This document shows positions 37,291-46,669 of a DNA stretch of 64,000 bases, one piece after another (within the stretch, counting starts at the first letter, position 1; each line of letters opens with the position of its first letter). Made by a program: the position numbers and the translations under genes. The notes beneath the pieces were generated by a model. That model made no database searches, was not told where the DNA came from, and worked only from the letters and a program-made list of their open reading frames with translations. This DNA is from a candidate division FCPU426 bacterium (GTDB lineage Bacteria > Oederibacteriota > Muellerivitia > Muellerivitales > Muellerivitaceae). The stretch lies in assembly GCA_003152075.1 (NCBI GenBank), contig PLZG01000064.1, forward strand, positions 31 to 64,030. The letters are read 5' to 3'.

Positions 37291-39528
37291 TCAATACCGG
37301 AATAGGCTCGGAAAGGCCCGGCGTAGGAAATAATATTCGTTGAAAGGCCGGTCATCGGTCGCCACGATCTTTTCATCGGGGTTCAGCAGAGTCTCCACCT
37401 TTACTTCCTTGGACAGTACAAACGCCAGGAAACCGGCCAAATCTTTTGAGATCATCCATTCGCTAAGGTCTGCCTGGGCGGATAGGGGCATGCGGGAAAC
37501 CATTTGAGCAGGGGAAGGAATGTCGATGGGTTTCATCGAGCCGATGAGATGGGTTCCCCAACCTTTATAGGAACCGAAGGCCCGGACATAGGGGAAAGAA
37601 ACAACAAAAGACCGCACAAAAGCCTCTTGGATCTTGTCCTCGCCGCCTGGAAACCATTGATGGACGATTCCGCCCGCGGCCAGGCGCTTTTTGACCGCCG
37701 CATAAAATCCCGTGGAATAAAGCAGGCTTGATCCGGCGGCCTCCACCGGCGGCATGGGGTCCAAGGTGATAACATCGAATTTTTGATTTGTTCGGGAAAG
37801 AAAACGCCTTCCGTCGTCGATGACGACCTGGTTTCGGGGATCCGAGAGGATCTGGTTCGCGTCAGCGAAACTTAACCCAAAATCCATGGGAACGCTGGGA
37901 ACCAATTCCACCGCCGTGGTATGGCCGCCCCAACTGACCAGGGAACGGAAGGTGGTTCCCATGCCGAAACAAATGACCATGGCCGACCAGGGCTTTCGCG
38001 GGCAGAGGGCCATGGGCAGGTGGGCCATCATCTTGGTGAGGGTGGTTAAGCGGGTGGCGCCGATTCCGTTGATCTTGATTCCGGTCTCATCTCTGCGCCG
38101 GTAATAAAAGACGGTGGCGGTGTTGTCTCGGCGCAGTTGATACCAATCTACCTTATTCACCAGATTCCATCCCTCCTCGAAGGTATGAGTGAAAAAACCG
38201 GAATAGACAAATAGCCCCAGGCCTGTTGCCATGATGATGCGATGAAAAGAAGCCTTTGAACTCAAACCGTTGAATTTGGCATAGAAAAATACGAAGGGGA
38301 GGGCTAGAAGCGTCAAGGTCCACTTGGCGCCAAGATAGGGGAGCAGCAGATAAGAGGCGGTAAGGGGCCCGAGAATACAGCCCAAAATATTCCAAGCGTA
38401 AATAGGGCCGACCCTTTCCGAATTTCCCAAGGTCCATCGGTCGATGAGGAGAGGAGTCAAATAGCCCAAAGCCGCGCAAAATGGCACCAAGCTCGCCAGG
38501 ACAAGCGGTCCATGTGGATAATCGCCCCGGGGGTCGATGAGCGCGACCGGTAAAAAGGCAAAAAGGGAAAGCAGGGCGGTTGGAACATCCAACGAAAGGG
38601 CGCTTTTTCCCCGAGCGCGTCGGCGGTAAAGCCAGGAACCCGCCCCAGTGGCGAACAAGTAAGTGGCTAGGAGCCCGGAGAAGGCGTAGATCTCGTTGCC
38701 GAGGACGGGGGTAAAGTCCCTTACCCAGCCAACCTCCATGGCCATTGAGGTGAAACCGGACATGAACAAGAAGGCCGGTATGACAGGGTCGCCGGAAATA
38801 TGGTTTTTAGCCAAGGCCGCATTTATTCGGCCTGGAGCGGCCGAAATCCGGGAACTCCAAGCAACGCTGAAAATAGCTATTAAAAGGTTCAAACAGGCGG
38901 AAAGAACCAGGGTTCCATGGAAACCAAAAAGTTCGACCAGCACAAAGGCGGTGGAAAGGGTACCGGCGCAAGCGCCCAAAACGTTGGCGAGATAAAGGAA
39001 ACTGAACCCCTTTTGTTCCCTGGGATCCTCCTCTTGAATGAAACGGGTGACCAACGGAAAAGTGGCCCCCATGAAAAAGCACCAAGGCAATAGGGAAACC
39101 AGGATCACAAGGGCGGAAAAGAAGAGGTAGTTTGTGGAATCCATATCCCCCATGGTCAGGAGGACGTTCGATCCCCACGAGAAAAGGAGGGGGACGCAAA
39201 GGGCGCCTAGACCAATCAGGGCTTCGGCTATCCCGTAGAAAAAAAGCGTCGAACGGCCCGTCTGCCGGGTGGCGGGCAAAATCCACTTTCCGCCCGCCCA
39301 ACTTCCCAGGGCCAATCCCAGCATAAAGACCGAGAGAATGACTGACATGACCGGAACGGTGATGCCGAAGTGGGCGTAGGCCAGCCTCATCCAGACGGTT
39401 TGGTAAACCAAGCCGCAGAAACCCGAGAGGAAGAACAGGAGGGATAAAATCCAATGGCGATGGGACAAATCTTGGCCTTTGTGGCGATTTGCCAGATGAA
39501 TACAGGCTCCGGCTTTAGCCGGGGACAA
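37291..39528 (-). CDS. Fused MFS-like membrane/spermidine synthase-like methyltransferase
   Basis: LFFLSGFCGLVYQTVW, LYLANVLG; C-terminal FGMGTT, VELV, DDGRRFL, FDVI, TDDRP; start uncertain. Confidence 0.9.
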   Translation of the reverse strand: MSPAKAGACIHLANRHKGQDLSHRHWILSLLFFLSGFCGLVYQTVWMRLAYAHFGITVPVMSVILSVFMLGLALGSWAGGKWILPATRQTGRSTLFFYGIAEALIGLGALCVPLLFSWGSNVLLTMGDMDSTNYLFFSALVILVSLLPWCFFMGATFPLVTRFIQEEDPREQKGFSFLYLANVLGACAGTLSTAFVLVELFGFHGTLVLSACLNLLIAIFSVAWSSRISAAPGRINAALAKNHISGDPVIPAFLFMSGFTSMAMEVGWVRDFTPVLGNEIYAFSGLLATYLFATGAGSWLYRRRARGKSALSLDVPTALLSLFAFLPVALIDPRGDYPHGPLVLASLVPFCAALGYLTPLLIDRWTLGNSERVGPIYAWNILGCILGPLTASYLLLPYLGAKWTLTLLALPFVFFYAKFNGLSSKASFHRIIMATGLGLFVYSGFFTHTFEEGWNLVNKVDWYQLRRDNTATVFYYRRRDETGIKINGIGATRLTTLTKMMAHLPMALCPRKPWSAMVICFGMGTTFRSLVSWGGHTTAVELVPSVPMDFGLSFADANQILSDPRNQVVIDDGRRFLSRTNQKFDVITLDPMPPVEAAGSSLLYSTGFYAAVKKRLAAGGIVHQWFPGGEDKIQEAFVRSFVVSFPYVRAFGSYKGWGTHLIGSMKPIDIPSPAQMVSRMPLSAQADLSEWMISKDLAGFLAFVLSKEVKVETLLNPDEKIVATDDRPFNEYYFLRRAFPSLFRY

Positions 39529-39790
39529 GCCGAGCGCTTGGCCGGGTCCCGGCCAAGAGGTGACCTTAAGCTAAACAGGGGATAACATAACATGGATTCT
39601 TGGGTGAGGAGTCCAAAACTTCGGAAGCATTCCCCGCCCGTTCTTTTCGCCTGGCCCTTTGACTATTGGGAAAAATAGGGGACACCTGGTTTTATTTCGA
39701 GATTCCCGGAAAGATTTTAAATCAAAAGCCTTCCCTACCGGTGTCATCCACTATGCCCTTTACCGATTGGAAGAATTTACCTTCCCGGCT

Positions 39791-41959
39791 TTAGCGCTCC
39801 TGAAAGGCCGAAGCGGGAACGACCTCGAATTTATCGTCCCCCGGCTTCTTCCACAAAAAACTGAAGGCTGGACTAAACCTCGACGTGTTTTGGAAATCGA
39901 TGACGATCGAGTGCGATCCCTTGGCCAAATGAATCCCCCGGGAGGGCTCGTTCCCGGTGAGAGTCGCGGATTCCCGGTTGATCGAAAAGGCCGAAGGATC
40001 ACTGGCAAGGCCTAAGAAAAAATAAGTCCCCGTTACCGGCGCCACCAAAAACCCGTCCCAACGGGCGTAAACGGCGTTGCTTCCGCCCAAAGGAAAATCA
40101 TCTTTCGAGGTGAAATTGAGCAAGGGATCCTGGTGCACCAATACCGGGCGGCTCCGGGGGTCCGGGGATTCACGGTAAGCCCCTCGGAGGCCGAAAGGGG
40201 ATTTGAGAAATTTTTCTGCCCTTCTTCGCCCCAGGGCGACCCGCTCCGGGGGAACCCGGTAAAAATAAACAATGGAATGGCCCTGGATATCCTTCGCGTC
40301 CTCCCTTTCCCCTCCTGGATAAAGCGATTGGAGCAGTTGAAGAACGCCTTTTTGGCCCTCCTCCAGCGCGAAAAAAGCCCCGCGCCCCGGGGGCTGGTGC
40401 GCCAAGGAGAGGCTTTCGGGCAGGTTGAACAGGCGCATGTGGTCCTTTTCGGAATAACCCAAAAACACGACCGTGTAATGTCCGTGAAAAAGAGGGGAGA
40501 GGTAATATTCGTATTCTTCCCCATGCTGGGCGATGGTTTTACCGACGATGGTTTTATCCGTGTCCGCCCCCCGCCAACAGGAATAATCCACCGCCTGCTC
40601 GAAGAAGTAGGTTTTGAAATTCAAGGCCAGCATCAGCCCCAGCATGACGAAAAGCAGGGCGGTGGAAAGCCGGGACGCCGCGGGTTTTCCCGACGACCGG
40701 AGCCTGGCCCAACTCGAATCCAGGGCGCCAGCGGCTAGGAGGGCCACGAAAGGGATGGCCCCGAAGGCCCGGCTGGCGCTCGCCGCGTCGTTGGAAAGGA
40801 AGGCCGGAAGGCACATCACACAAAGCCCTGCGAGGGGATAGAAATATTTCCTCTCCCGCCAGTGAAAAAGGGCATGGAAAAACCCCAGCGCCAAAAGGAC
40901 ACCCGTCACATCATCCAGCATCCGGTGGTGGGGAAGGTTATGGAGGTGCCAGGCATCCCCCTGGCGGTTGAACATGAGGATGGAGTCCATCAGTTGGGAA
41001 AAAAGAGGCGTCAGGCTCCCGCTCTCCATCAGCCGGGGAAAAATGAAAACATTCTTTTCCCGCCAACTCAAAAATCCGTTTTGGATCCAATAGAGCCAGA
41101 TGGGGGCGGATAACAAAAGGGCGAGCGCGCCAAAAACCGTGATCGCTCCCCAGCGAATTTTGGTTTTTTCGGGGTTCCACCGGATCTCGTAAAGAAAGAG
41201 AACCAGGATGAGGAGGGGAAAAGCCCGGTAGGACTGATAGGCGTAAAAGCCCCCGGCGAAAAAGATGGCGCCCATTCCCCAAGCCCAGGCTTTCCCGATC
41301 CGAAGGCCGTGAAGCACGAAGGCCAGGGTGCCCAGGATGTAAAAAAGAATCTCAATCGCCGGGTGTCCGTTGCGGCTGAAGGTAAGGTCCCAGCGGGAGA
41401 CGGACAGGATAAAGAGGGCCAGGAGGGCGGTCCGGGGGCCGGCGAGCTGGCGGAAGGTCCAGTAGGCAAGCGGCAGGGTCCCCAGCGAAATGAAAACCGA
41501 GAAAAGGAAAAAATGGACTTGGGTGGGGGAAAAAAATTTGAACCAGAGGGCCAGCAGGTAATAGAGGGGTATATCCCAGTTTGAAAGGTTGAAAATCTGG
41601 TAAAAGGGACGCCAACCCTCCCTCAAGATGGTCAGGGCGCCCCAACCCAGGCAGGACTCGTCGTAATAAATTCCCGCCGGAAATCGATCCAGCCGGTAAA
41701 CCCGCATTCCCAGCGCGACCAGGAAAATAAAACAAAGGATCCCGATTTCCTGGGAGGGGACCAAGCCTCTTTCGGGTTTTTGCCGTAATAGGGGTGGGGA
41801 TAGGGCGAAGAGGACTCCCGCAAAGGCGAGGAGGAAAAAGCCTGGCCAGAGGGTCCAGGCGTTCTCCCGCTGGGCCAGGAAATACTGCCCGCCGGCGCCC
41901 AAAAGTAAAGCTCCCGGAATCAGGTAGATGGAAAAATGGCCGCGGGTTTTGGAGGGCAT
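39791..41959 (-). CDS. GT-C (ArnT/GT39-like) glycosyltransferase with C-terminal PA14-like domain
   Basis: RVYRLD.FP.GIYYDE; multi-TM; C-terminal GLRGAY...RWDGFL.AP..G.Y.F...W. Confidence 0.85.
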   Translation of the reverse strand: MPSKTRGHFSIYLIPGALLLGAGGQYFLAQRENAWTLWPGFFLLAFAGVLFALSPPLLRQKPERGLVPSQEIGILCFIFLVALGMRVYRLDRFPAGIYYDESCLGWGALTILREGWRPFYQIFNLSNWDIPLYYLLALWFKFFSPTQVHFFLFSVFISLGTLPLAYWTFRQLAGPRTALLALFILSVSRWDLTFSRNGHPAIEILFYILGTLAFVLHGLRIGKAWAWGMGAIFFAGGFYAYQSYRAFPLLILVLFLYEIRWNPEKTKIRWGAITVFGALALLLSAPIWLYWIQNGFLSWREKNVFIFPRLMESGSLTPLFSQLMDSILMFNRQGDAWHLHNLPHHRMLDDVTGVLLALGFFHALFHWRERKYFYPLAGLCVMCLPAFLSNDAASASRAFGAIPFVALLAAGALDSSWARLRSSGKPAASRLSTALLFVMLGLMLALNFKTYFFEQAVDYSCWRGADTDKTIVGKTIAQHGEEYEYYLSPLFHGHYTVVFLGYSEKDHMRLFNLPESLSLAHQPPGRGAFFALEEGQKGVLQLLQSLYPGGEREDAKDIQGHSIVYFYRVPPERVALGRRRAEKFLKSPFGLRGAYRESPDPRSRPVLVHQDPLLNFTSKDDFPLGGSNAVYARWDGFLVAPVTGTYFFLGLASDPSAFSINRESATLTGNEPSRGIHLAKGSHSIVIDFQNTSRFSPAFSFLWKKPGDDKFEVVPASAFQER

Positions 41960-41971
41960 GGCGTCAGTATA

Positions 41972-44185
41972 TCATTCAGCGTGGAACGGTCTAAGGCTAG
42001 GCCTGTAGGCATCGCAAGGGACTACCTCAAATTTCGTCCCTCCCTGTTTTTTCCAAGCCAAGCTCAAGGCCGTGTCCGTTCCGGAGATTTTCCGGAAAAA
42101 TAAATCCATTTTATGTGGGCCCCTATTCAGCGAAATATCCCGCGACACGGCGTTCCCCTCGAAGAAAACCGTTTTTCCATCCAGCGTCATTCGGGCCTCG
42201 TCAGTGGTCAGGGCCAAGAACTGGTACCTATCGGCAAAGGGAACATACAAGTTCCCAGTCCAATGAACTAAAAAAGGCGTGGCGGGGTCCAAGGGAAAAT
42301 CGTTTCGAAAGGTGAAATTGATTAGCGCATCCCGGTGGACTAGGGTTGGGCGGCTGTTCCAATCCAGCGAGTGGAAATAAGTTCCTGTCAGACCCGTCCT
42401 GCCCCTCGAGAATTTATCCATTAAAGGACGGTCCTTCTCCACGACGTTCAAGGGAACCCGATAAAAATAAACCAGCACCCGGCCTGAGGGATCACGAACT
42501 GTCTCACTTTCTCCTCCGGGGTAAAGGACTTGCAGTAATTGGAAAACCCCGCTTTGTCCTTCTTCTAAGGCGAAGAAGAGGCCCCGTGATGGCGGACTCA
42601 GGGAGGGAAGGGAATCCTTATAAAGGCCCAACTCGTGAGTATGGTTCCTCTCGGAATAAGCCAGAAATTTCACCGAATAGTGATCTATAAAATGTGAAGA
42701 TAGGTAATACTCGAACTGGTCCGATTCCCGGGCTATTTTTTCACCGACGTAAGTTGCGTCGGTAGAGGGGCCCCTCCAACAATCCAAATTACCCGCCTGT
42801 TTCCCGAAATAAGTCGTGAAATTCTGGAAAGTCATGAGACTTAAGACCGCCGCCAGGAGAAAGATGGCGGGCTTGAAGGCCTGGACCCTTTCCCAGATAG
42901 CGGAGAGGCCTAAAGCCGACAGAAAGCAAACGAAGGGAATGCCCCCGAAAGCCCGGCTGGCGTGGGCGGCGTTGACCGACAGAAAGGCCGGAAGACTCAT
43001 CACGAGAAACCCGGTTAAGGGATAAAAATATTTCCGTTCCCGGACCCGAGTCCAGGCCAGCGCCACTCCGAAAATAAAGAAAAGGCCGGTGACGTCATCC
43101 AGCATCCGGTGCCCCGGAAGATTATGAAGGAACCAGGGGTCACCTTGTCGGTTGAACATCAAAGCCGTCCCGAGGAAATGCTCGATCAGAGGAAGGATAT
43201 TCCAATCCTGAAAAAGGGAAGGAATGATGAAAAGTTCCTTTTCCCTATCCCCCAGGTTTCCCATTTTTAAGCGGTAGGTCCACAAAGGCGAAGTAACGGC
43301 GAGAGTGGCAAGGGCAGCGGTAGGCAAGGCAGTTTTTAAGAAGCTATTTTTGAACTTACTTAACCACAACTCATAAAGGGCATAGACCAGGGCCAGCAAC
43401 AAAAAGGCCTTGTAAGCTTGGTAGGCGTAAAAGCCGGACGCGAAAAAAAAAGTCCCGGCCGCTAGGGCCCAGGCATTTCGTTCTTTCAAAGCGTAAAGCC
43501 AGAATCCCAAGGCGCCGAACATGAAAAAAAGGATTAGAATGGCCGGGTGACCATCGCGGCTGTAGGTTACGTCCCAACGCATCACAGCCAAAAGAAAAAG
43601 CCCCAAGAGGGCGACGGGAACGGCAGTTAATTGGCGGAAGACCCAGTAAACCAAGGGGAAAGTGATGAGGGAAATAACGGCGGAGAAAAGAAAAAAATGC
43701 TCCTTCGTGGGTGTTAGGATCTTAAACCAGAGAGCCAGCCCGAAGTAAATGATCTGATCCCAGACCAACAGGTGATAAATCTCGTAAAAGGGTCTCCAAC
43801 CTTCCTGAAGGATTCGCAAGGCTCCCCATCCCTCGCAAGCCTCATCCGTGAAGATCCCGGGAGGGAATTCGCCGAGCCGGTAAGTCCGGAAAAAAGCCGC
43901 CAAGCCCAGGATCATGAAGAATAAAATCGCCTCTAATCCCGGGGAGAGGGGCGCTGAGGGCTGGGATTTTTTTTTGCTGGCCAAAGTGAAGCGGAGAAAA
44001 AGAGGGATCGCGATGGCGTAGAGGCCGCAGCCAGCCCAGGCGGTCCAAGGTTTGTCTCGCTGGATGAGGAGGAATTGGCCCATGGCGGCCAAAAGCAGGG
44101 TCATGGGAAGGAACCAGGAGGGAGGCGCTTCAAGTGAAGTGGCTTGTTTTCGCAAGTGGGGCTTGGCCCGCTGTTTGTCTCTCAT
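41972..44185 (-). CDS. GT-C glycosyltransferase with PA14-like domain (paralog)
   Basis: PPGIFTDEA; GLTGTYF...VHWTGNL...TTDEA; clear similarity to 39791-41959; start uncertain (44185 or 44221). Confidence 0.85.
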   Translation of the reverse strand: MRDKQRAKPHLRKQATSLEAPPSWFLPMTLLLAAMGQFLLIQRDKPWTAWAGCGLYAIAIPLFLRFTLASKKKSQPSAPLSPGLEAILFFMILGLAAFFRTYRLGEFPPGIFTDEACEGWGALRILQEGWRPFYEIYHLLVWDQIIYFGLALWFKILTPTKEHFFLFSAVISLITFPLVYWVFRQLTAVPVALLGLFLLAVMRWDVTYSRDGHPAILILFFMFGALGFWLYALKERNAWALAAGTFFFASGFYAYQAYKAFLLLALVYALYELWLSKFKNSFLKTALPTAALATLAVTSPLWTYRLKMGNLGDREKELFIIPSLFQDWNILPLIEHFLGTALMFNRQGDPWFLHNLPGHRMLDDVTGLFFIFGVALAWTRVRERKYFYPLTGFLVMSLPAFLSVNAAHASRAFGGIPFVCFLSALGLSAIWERVQAFKPAIFLLAAVLSLMTFQNFTTYFGKQAGNLDCWRGPSTDATYVGEKIARESDQFEYYLSSHFIDHYSVKFLAYSERNHTHELGLYKDSLPSLSPPSRGLFFALEEGQSGVFQLLQVLYPGGESETVRDPSGRVLVYFYRVPLNVVEKDRPLMDKFSRGRTGLTGTYFHSLDWNSRPTLVHRDALINFTFRNDFPLDPATPFLVHWTGNLYVPFADRYQFLALTTDEARMTLDGKTVFFEGNAVSRDISLNRGPHKMDLFFRKISGTDTALSLAWKKQGGTKFEVVPCDAYRPSLRPFHAE

Positions 44186-44270
44186 GATTTTCCAAATTAT
44201 AAAGCCTTCGCCCTTCCACATCGGGGGAAATAAATTTCTTAATACCCCCTTCCGTCATTAAAATACGGAA

Positions 44271-46409
44271 ATGGACAACCAAAGGCGATTCTGGTTCTTG
44301 GGGGGGGCGCTCTTTTTCGCCGTTCTGGGCCAATATTTTTTATTCCAAAAAGACCTCTCTTGGACATTGGGCCCCGGGCTTGCCTTTTTCTTGACGGCCA
44401 TCCTTCTTTTTATCGCTCCCGGCTCAAACAAGCTTTCCTACCCGCTTCCCCAAGGCAGGCTTTCCTCTAAGGCCGAATGGACTGGGGCCGTCCTCACCGG
44501 CTTATTGGCTCTTTTTTTCCGTCTTTATCATATCCAATCGGTTCCACCGGGAATGACGGTCGAAGAAACTTTCTGGTCCTGGCTGGGTTCCAATGTTTCC
44601 GCGTCCCATTGGGCCGAATATTATCCCACTGGTTTGGCGGGGACCTTCGCCGATGTTCCCTGCTTGGCCTCCCTTTGGTTCCACCTGTTCAAGCCCAGTC
44701 ATTTATCCTTCAGCCTTTTTTATGTTTTTCTTTCCATGTTGTCTTTTCCATTAGGTTACTTTTTTTTTCGGGAGTTGTCTGGCCCCGCAACCGCTCTTTT
44801 GACCCTGTGGTTTTGGGCGGTGATGCAATGGCACGTGAGTTTGAGCCGTAATGGGCACCCGGCCATTACGATCCTGATTTATATACTGGGCGCCTTGTTG
44901 TTTCACCGACTGGCGTGGAAACAGGGAAAAATATTTTTTTGGGTTCTGGCGGGTGTATTTTTGGGGTTGGGTTTTTACGCTTATCCCGCTTTCCGCGCCT
45001 GTCTGCTCCTGCTTCCCCTGTTTTTATTCTATGAATACCGTCTTGATCCTTCACAACGACGTTTTCCCTTGGTCCGAGTCCTTTTGCTTTTGACGGTTTT
45101 CTTCGCTGTTTCCGGAAACTGTTGGATAGCCATGTGGAATCAACAACATTGGATCACCGGGACTACGAAGGACAATAATTTCGTTGGCCGCCAAGTTGTC
45201 GAGGAGAAGAGCCTGCGGCCCCTCTGGCGGAATATTTCCCAAACCTTGTTAGCTTTTCAACGAACGGGTTCTTATTCGACGCAGGAAAACATTCCCTCCC
45301 ACCGACTTTTGGACGATGTTACCGGAGTACTTTCCACCCTTGGTTTTTTCTTGGCCGCGTGGCGTTGGAGGGAAAGAAAGTATTTTTATGCAATCGTGGG
45401 CGTCACCGTTCTCAGCTTCCCCTGCCTTCTTTCCGACCAACCCTTGCACACCAGTCGTATGCTGGGGGTAGCCCCCTTTGTGGCTTACTTGGCGGCCCTG
45501 GCCGCCATTGAAATTTGGGAGAGGACAGCTTCCTCAAGGATCGCTAGGAAACTTACCTTGGGTTTGGGGATAGGGGCAGCCCTTCTGGGCGTTTCCGAGA
45601 ATTTTAAAACTTATTTCGTTGACCGCCCCCAAAATGAGGCTTGTTGGCGGGAAGCGGGCGTGGCACCCATGAAAACTGGACAAGCCATCGCTGGCTTGGG
45701 AGACCAATATGAATATTACCTTTCCCCAACTTTTTTCGGTCAATATACCGTCCTGTTTCTGGGCCATTCCCAGATAGGACATCTTCATTTCCTAGACACA
45801 CCTGGTTGCTTTCATTATCTTTCCCCTCCTCCCGAGCGAGGTTTGTTTTTCATCCTGCAGGAAGGTCGAACGGGGGTCCTCAAGGTTCTCCAGGGGCTTT
45901 ATCCGGGAGGCGTAACCGAAAAGTTAATGGATCCCTGGAGCCGCCCTTATCTTTATTTTTTTAGTGTTCCGGCCGAAGCCTGTTCCCCCAGCCGATTTTT
46001 TCCCTTGGATCCCGCCCGTTCTTGGAAGGGAACCTACTGGACTTCCAACGCCCAACCCGTCCTGACCCAATCCGACCCGGTTTTAAATTATTCCTACCGG
46101 GATGATTTTCCCGTGAAAAACGCGTCGTCTCTGCGGGTGGAATGGCTGGGGACTCTCCATCCCGAAAAAGTCGGGCTGTACCATTTCCTGATGGTGGCCA
46201 GTGACCACACGAAGGCGGAGATGGAAGTTAACGGTAAAAAGGTAGCTGCCCTCGCCAACCAGGAAGCCGGGTTTTCAATGGAAAGGAAAGATTACCGGGT
46301 GGTTATCCGCTATCAAAGGGAAGGGGGATTCGAAAGTGTCTTTCACCTGGCCTGGAAACCTCCTGGAGCCGATCACTATGAGATTGTGCCCCCCGAAGCC
46401 CTGAAATAA
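44271..46409 (+). CDS. GT-C glycosyltransferase with PA14-like domain (third, divergently transcribed paralog)
   Basis: PPGMTVEE, SRNGHPAI, HR.LDDVTG, YEYYLSP.F and LYPGG shared with the two paralogs. Confidence 0.85.
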   Translation: MDNQRRFWFLGGALFFAVLGQYFLFQKDLSWTLGPGLAFFLTAILLFIAPGSNKLSYPLPQGRLSSKAEWTGAVLTGLLALFFRLYHIQSVPPGMTVEETFWSWLGSNVSASHWAEYYPTGLAGTFADVPCLASLWFHLFKPSHLSFSLFYVFLSMLSFPLGYFFFRELSGPATALLTLWFWAVMQWHVSLSRNGHPAITILIYILGALLFHRLAWKQGKIFFWVLAGVFLGLGFYAYPAFRACLLLLPLFLFYEYRLDPSQRRFPLVRVLLLLTVFFAVSGNCWIAMWNQQHWITGTTKDNNFVGRQVVEEKSLRPLWRNISQTLLAFQRTGSYSTQENIPSHRLLDDVTGVLSTLGFFLAAWRWRERKYFYAIVGVTVLSFPCLLSDQPLHTSRMLGVAPFVAYLAALAAIEIWERTASSRIARKLTLGLGIGAALLGVSENFKTYFVDRPQNEACWREAGVAPMKTGQAIAGLGDQYEYYLSPTFFGQYTVLFLGHSQIGHLHFLDTPGCFHYLSPPPERGLFFILQEGRTGVLKVLQGLYPGGVTEKLMDPWSRPYLYFFSVPAEACSPSRFFPLDPARSWKGTYWTSNAQPVLTQSDPVLNYSYRDDFPVKNASSLRVEWLGTLHPEKVGLYHFLMVASDHTKAEMEVNGKKVAALANQEAGFSMERKDYRVVIRYQREGGFESVFHLAWKPPGADHYEIVPPEALK

Positions 46410-46496
46410 CGGGGTGAATGGGCTGAAAATATGTCTCTCGTCATTGAAAGACCAGCTATTTCGACCTAATTTGTCCCTGACAATTAGGTCGGTTTA

Positions 46497-46644
46497 AATA
46501 GCTGTCATTGCGAGGAATGCCCGCCGAATAGGCAGGGGTTATGACAAAGCAACCCCAGTCTAAAAAAGCTTTAAAGGCGTATTTAAACTGAGGTTGCCCC
46601 GTCGTAAACGTTCCCTATTCGGGAGCACTCCTCGCAATGACAGC
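46497..46644. repeat. REP doublet (GTCATTGCGAGG ... CCTCGCAATGAC)
   Basis: GCTGTCATTGCGAGGA at 46501 inverted with TCCTCGCAATGACAGC at ~46629-46644; related copies at ~49265 and ~61540. Confidence 0.8.
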
Positions 46645-46669
46645 AGGTTAAATTTTTAAAGGAAACGAA

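Noticed and set aside
39530-39790. Possible gene remnant in the gap between 39528 and 39791
   Set aside because: Only short protein-like fragments in different frames; cannot be supported without a search
46410-46669. CIRCE/CtsR heat-shock operator upstream of clpB
   Set aside because: AGCACTC belongs to the REP doublet; no TTAGCACTC-N9-GAGTGCTAA inverted repeat
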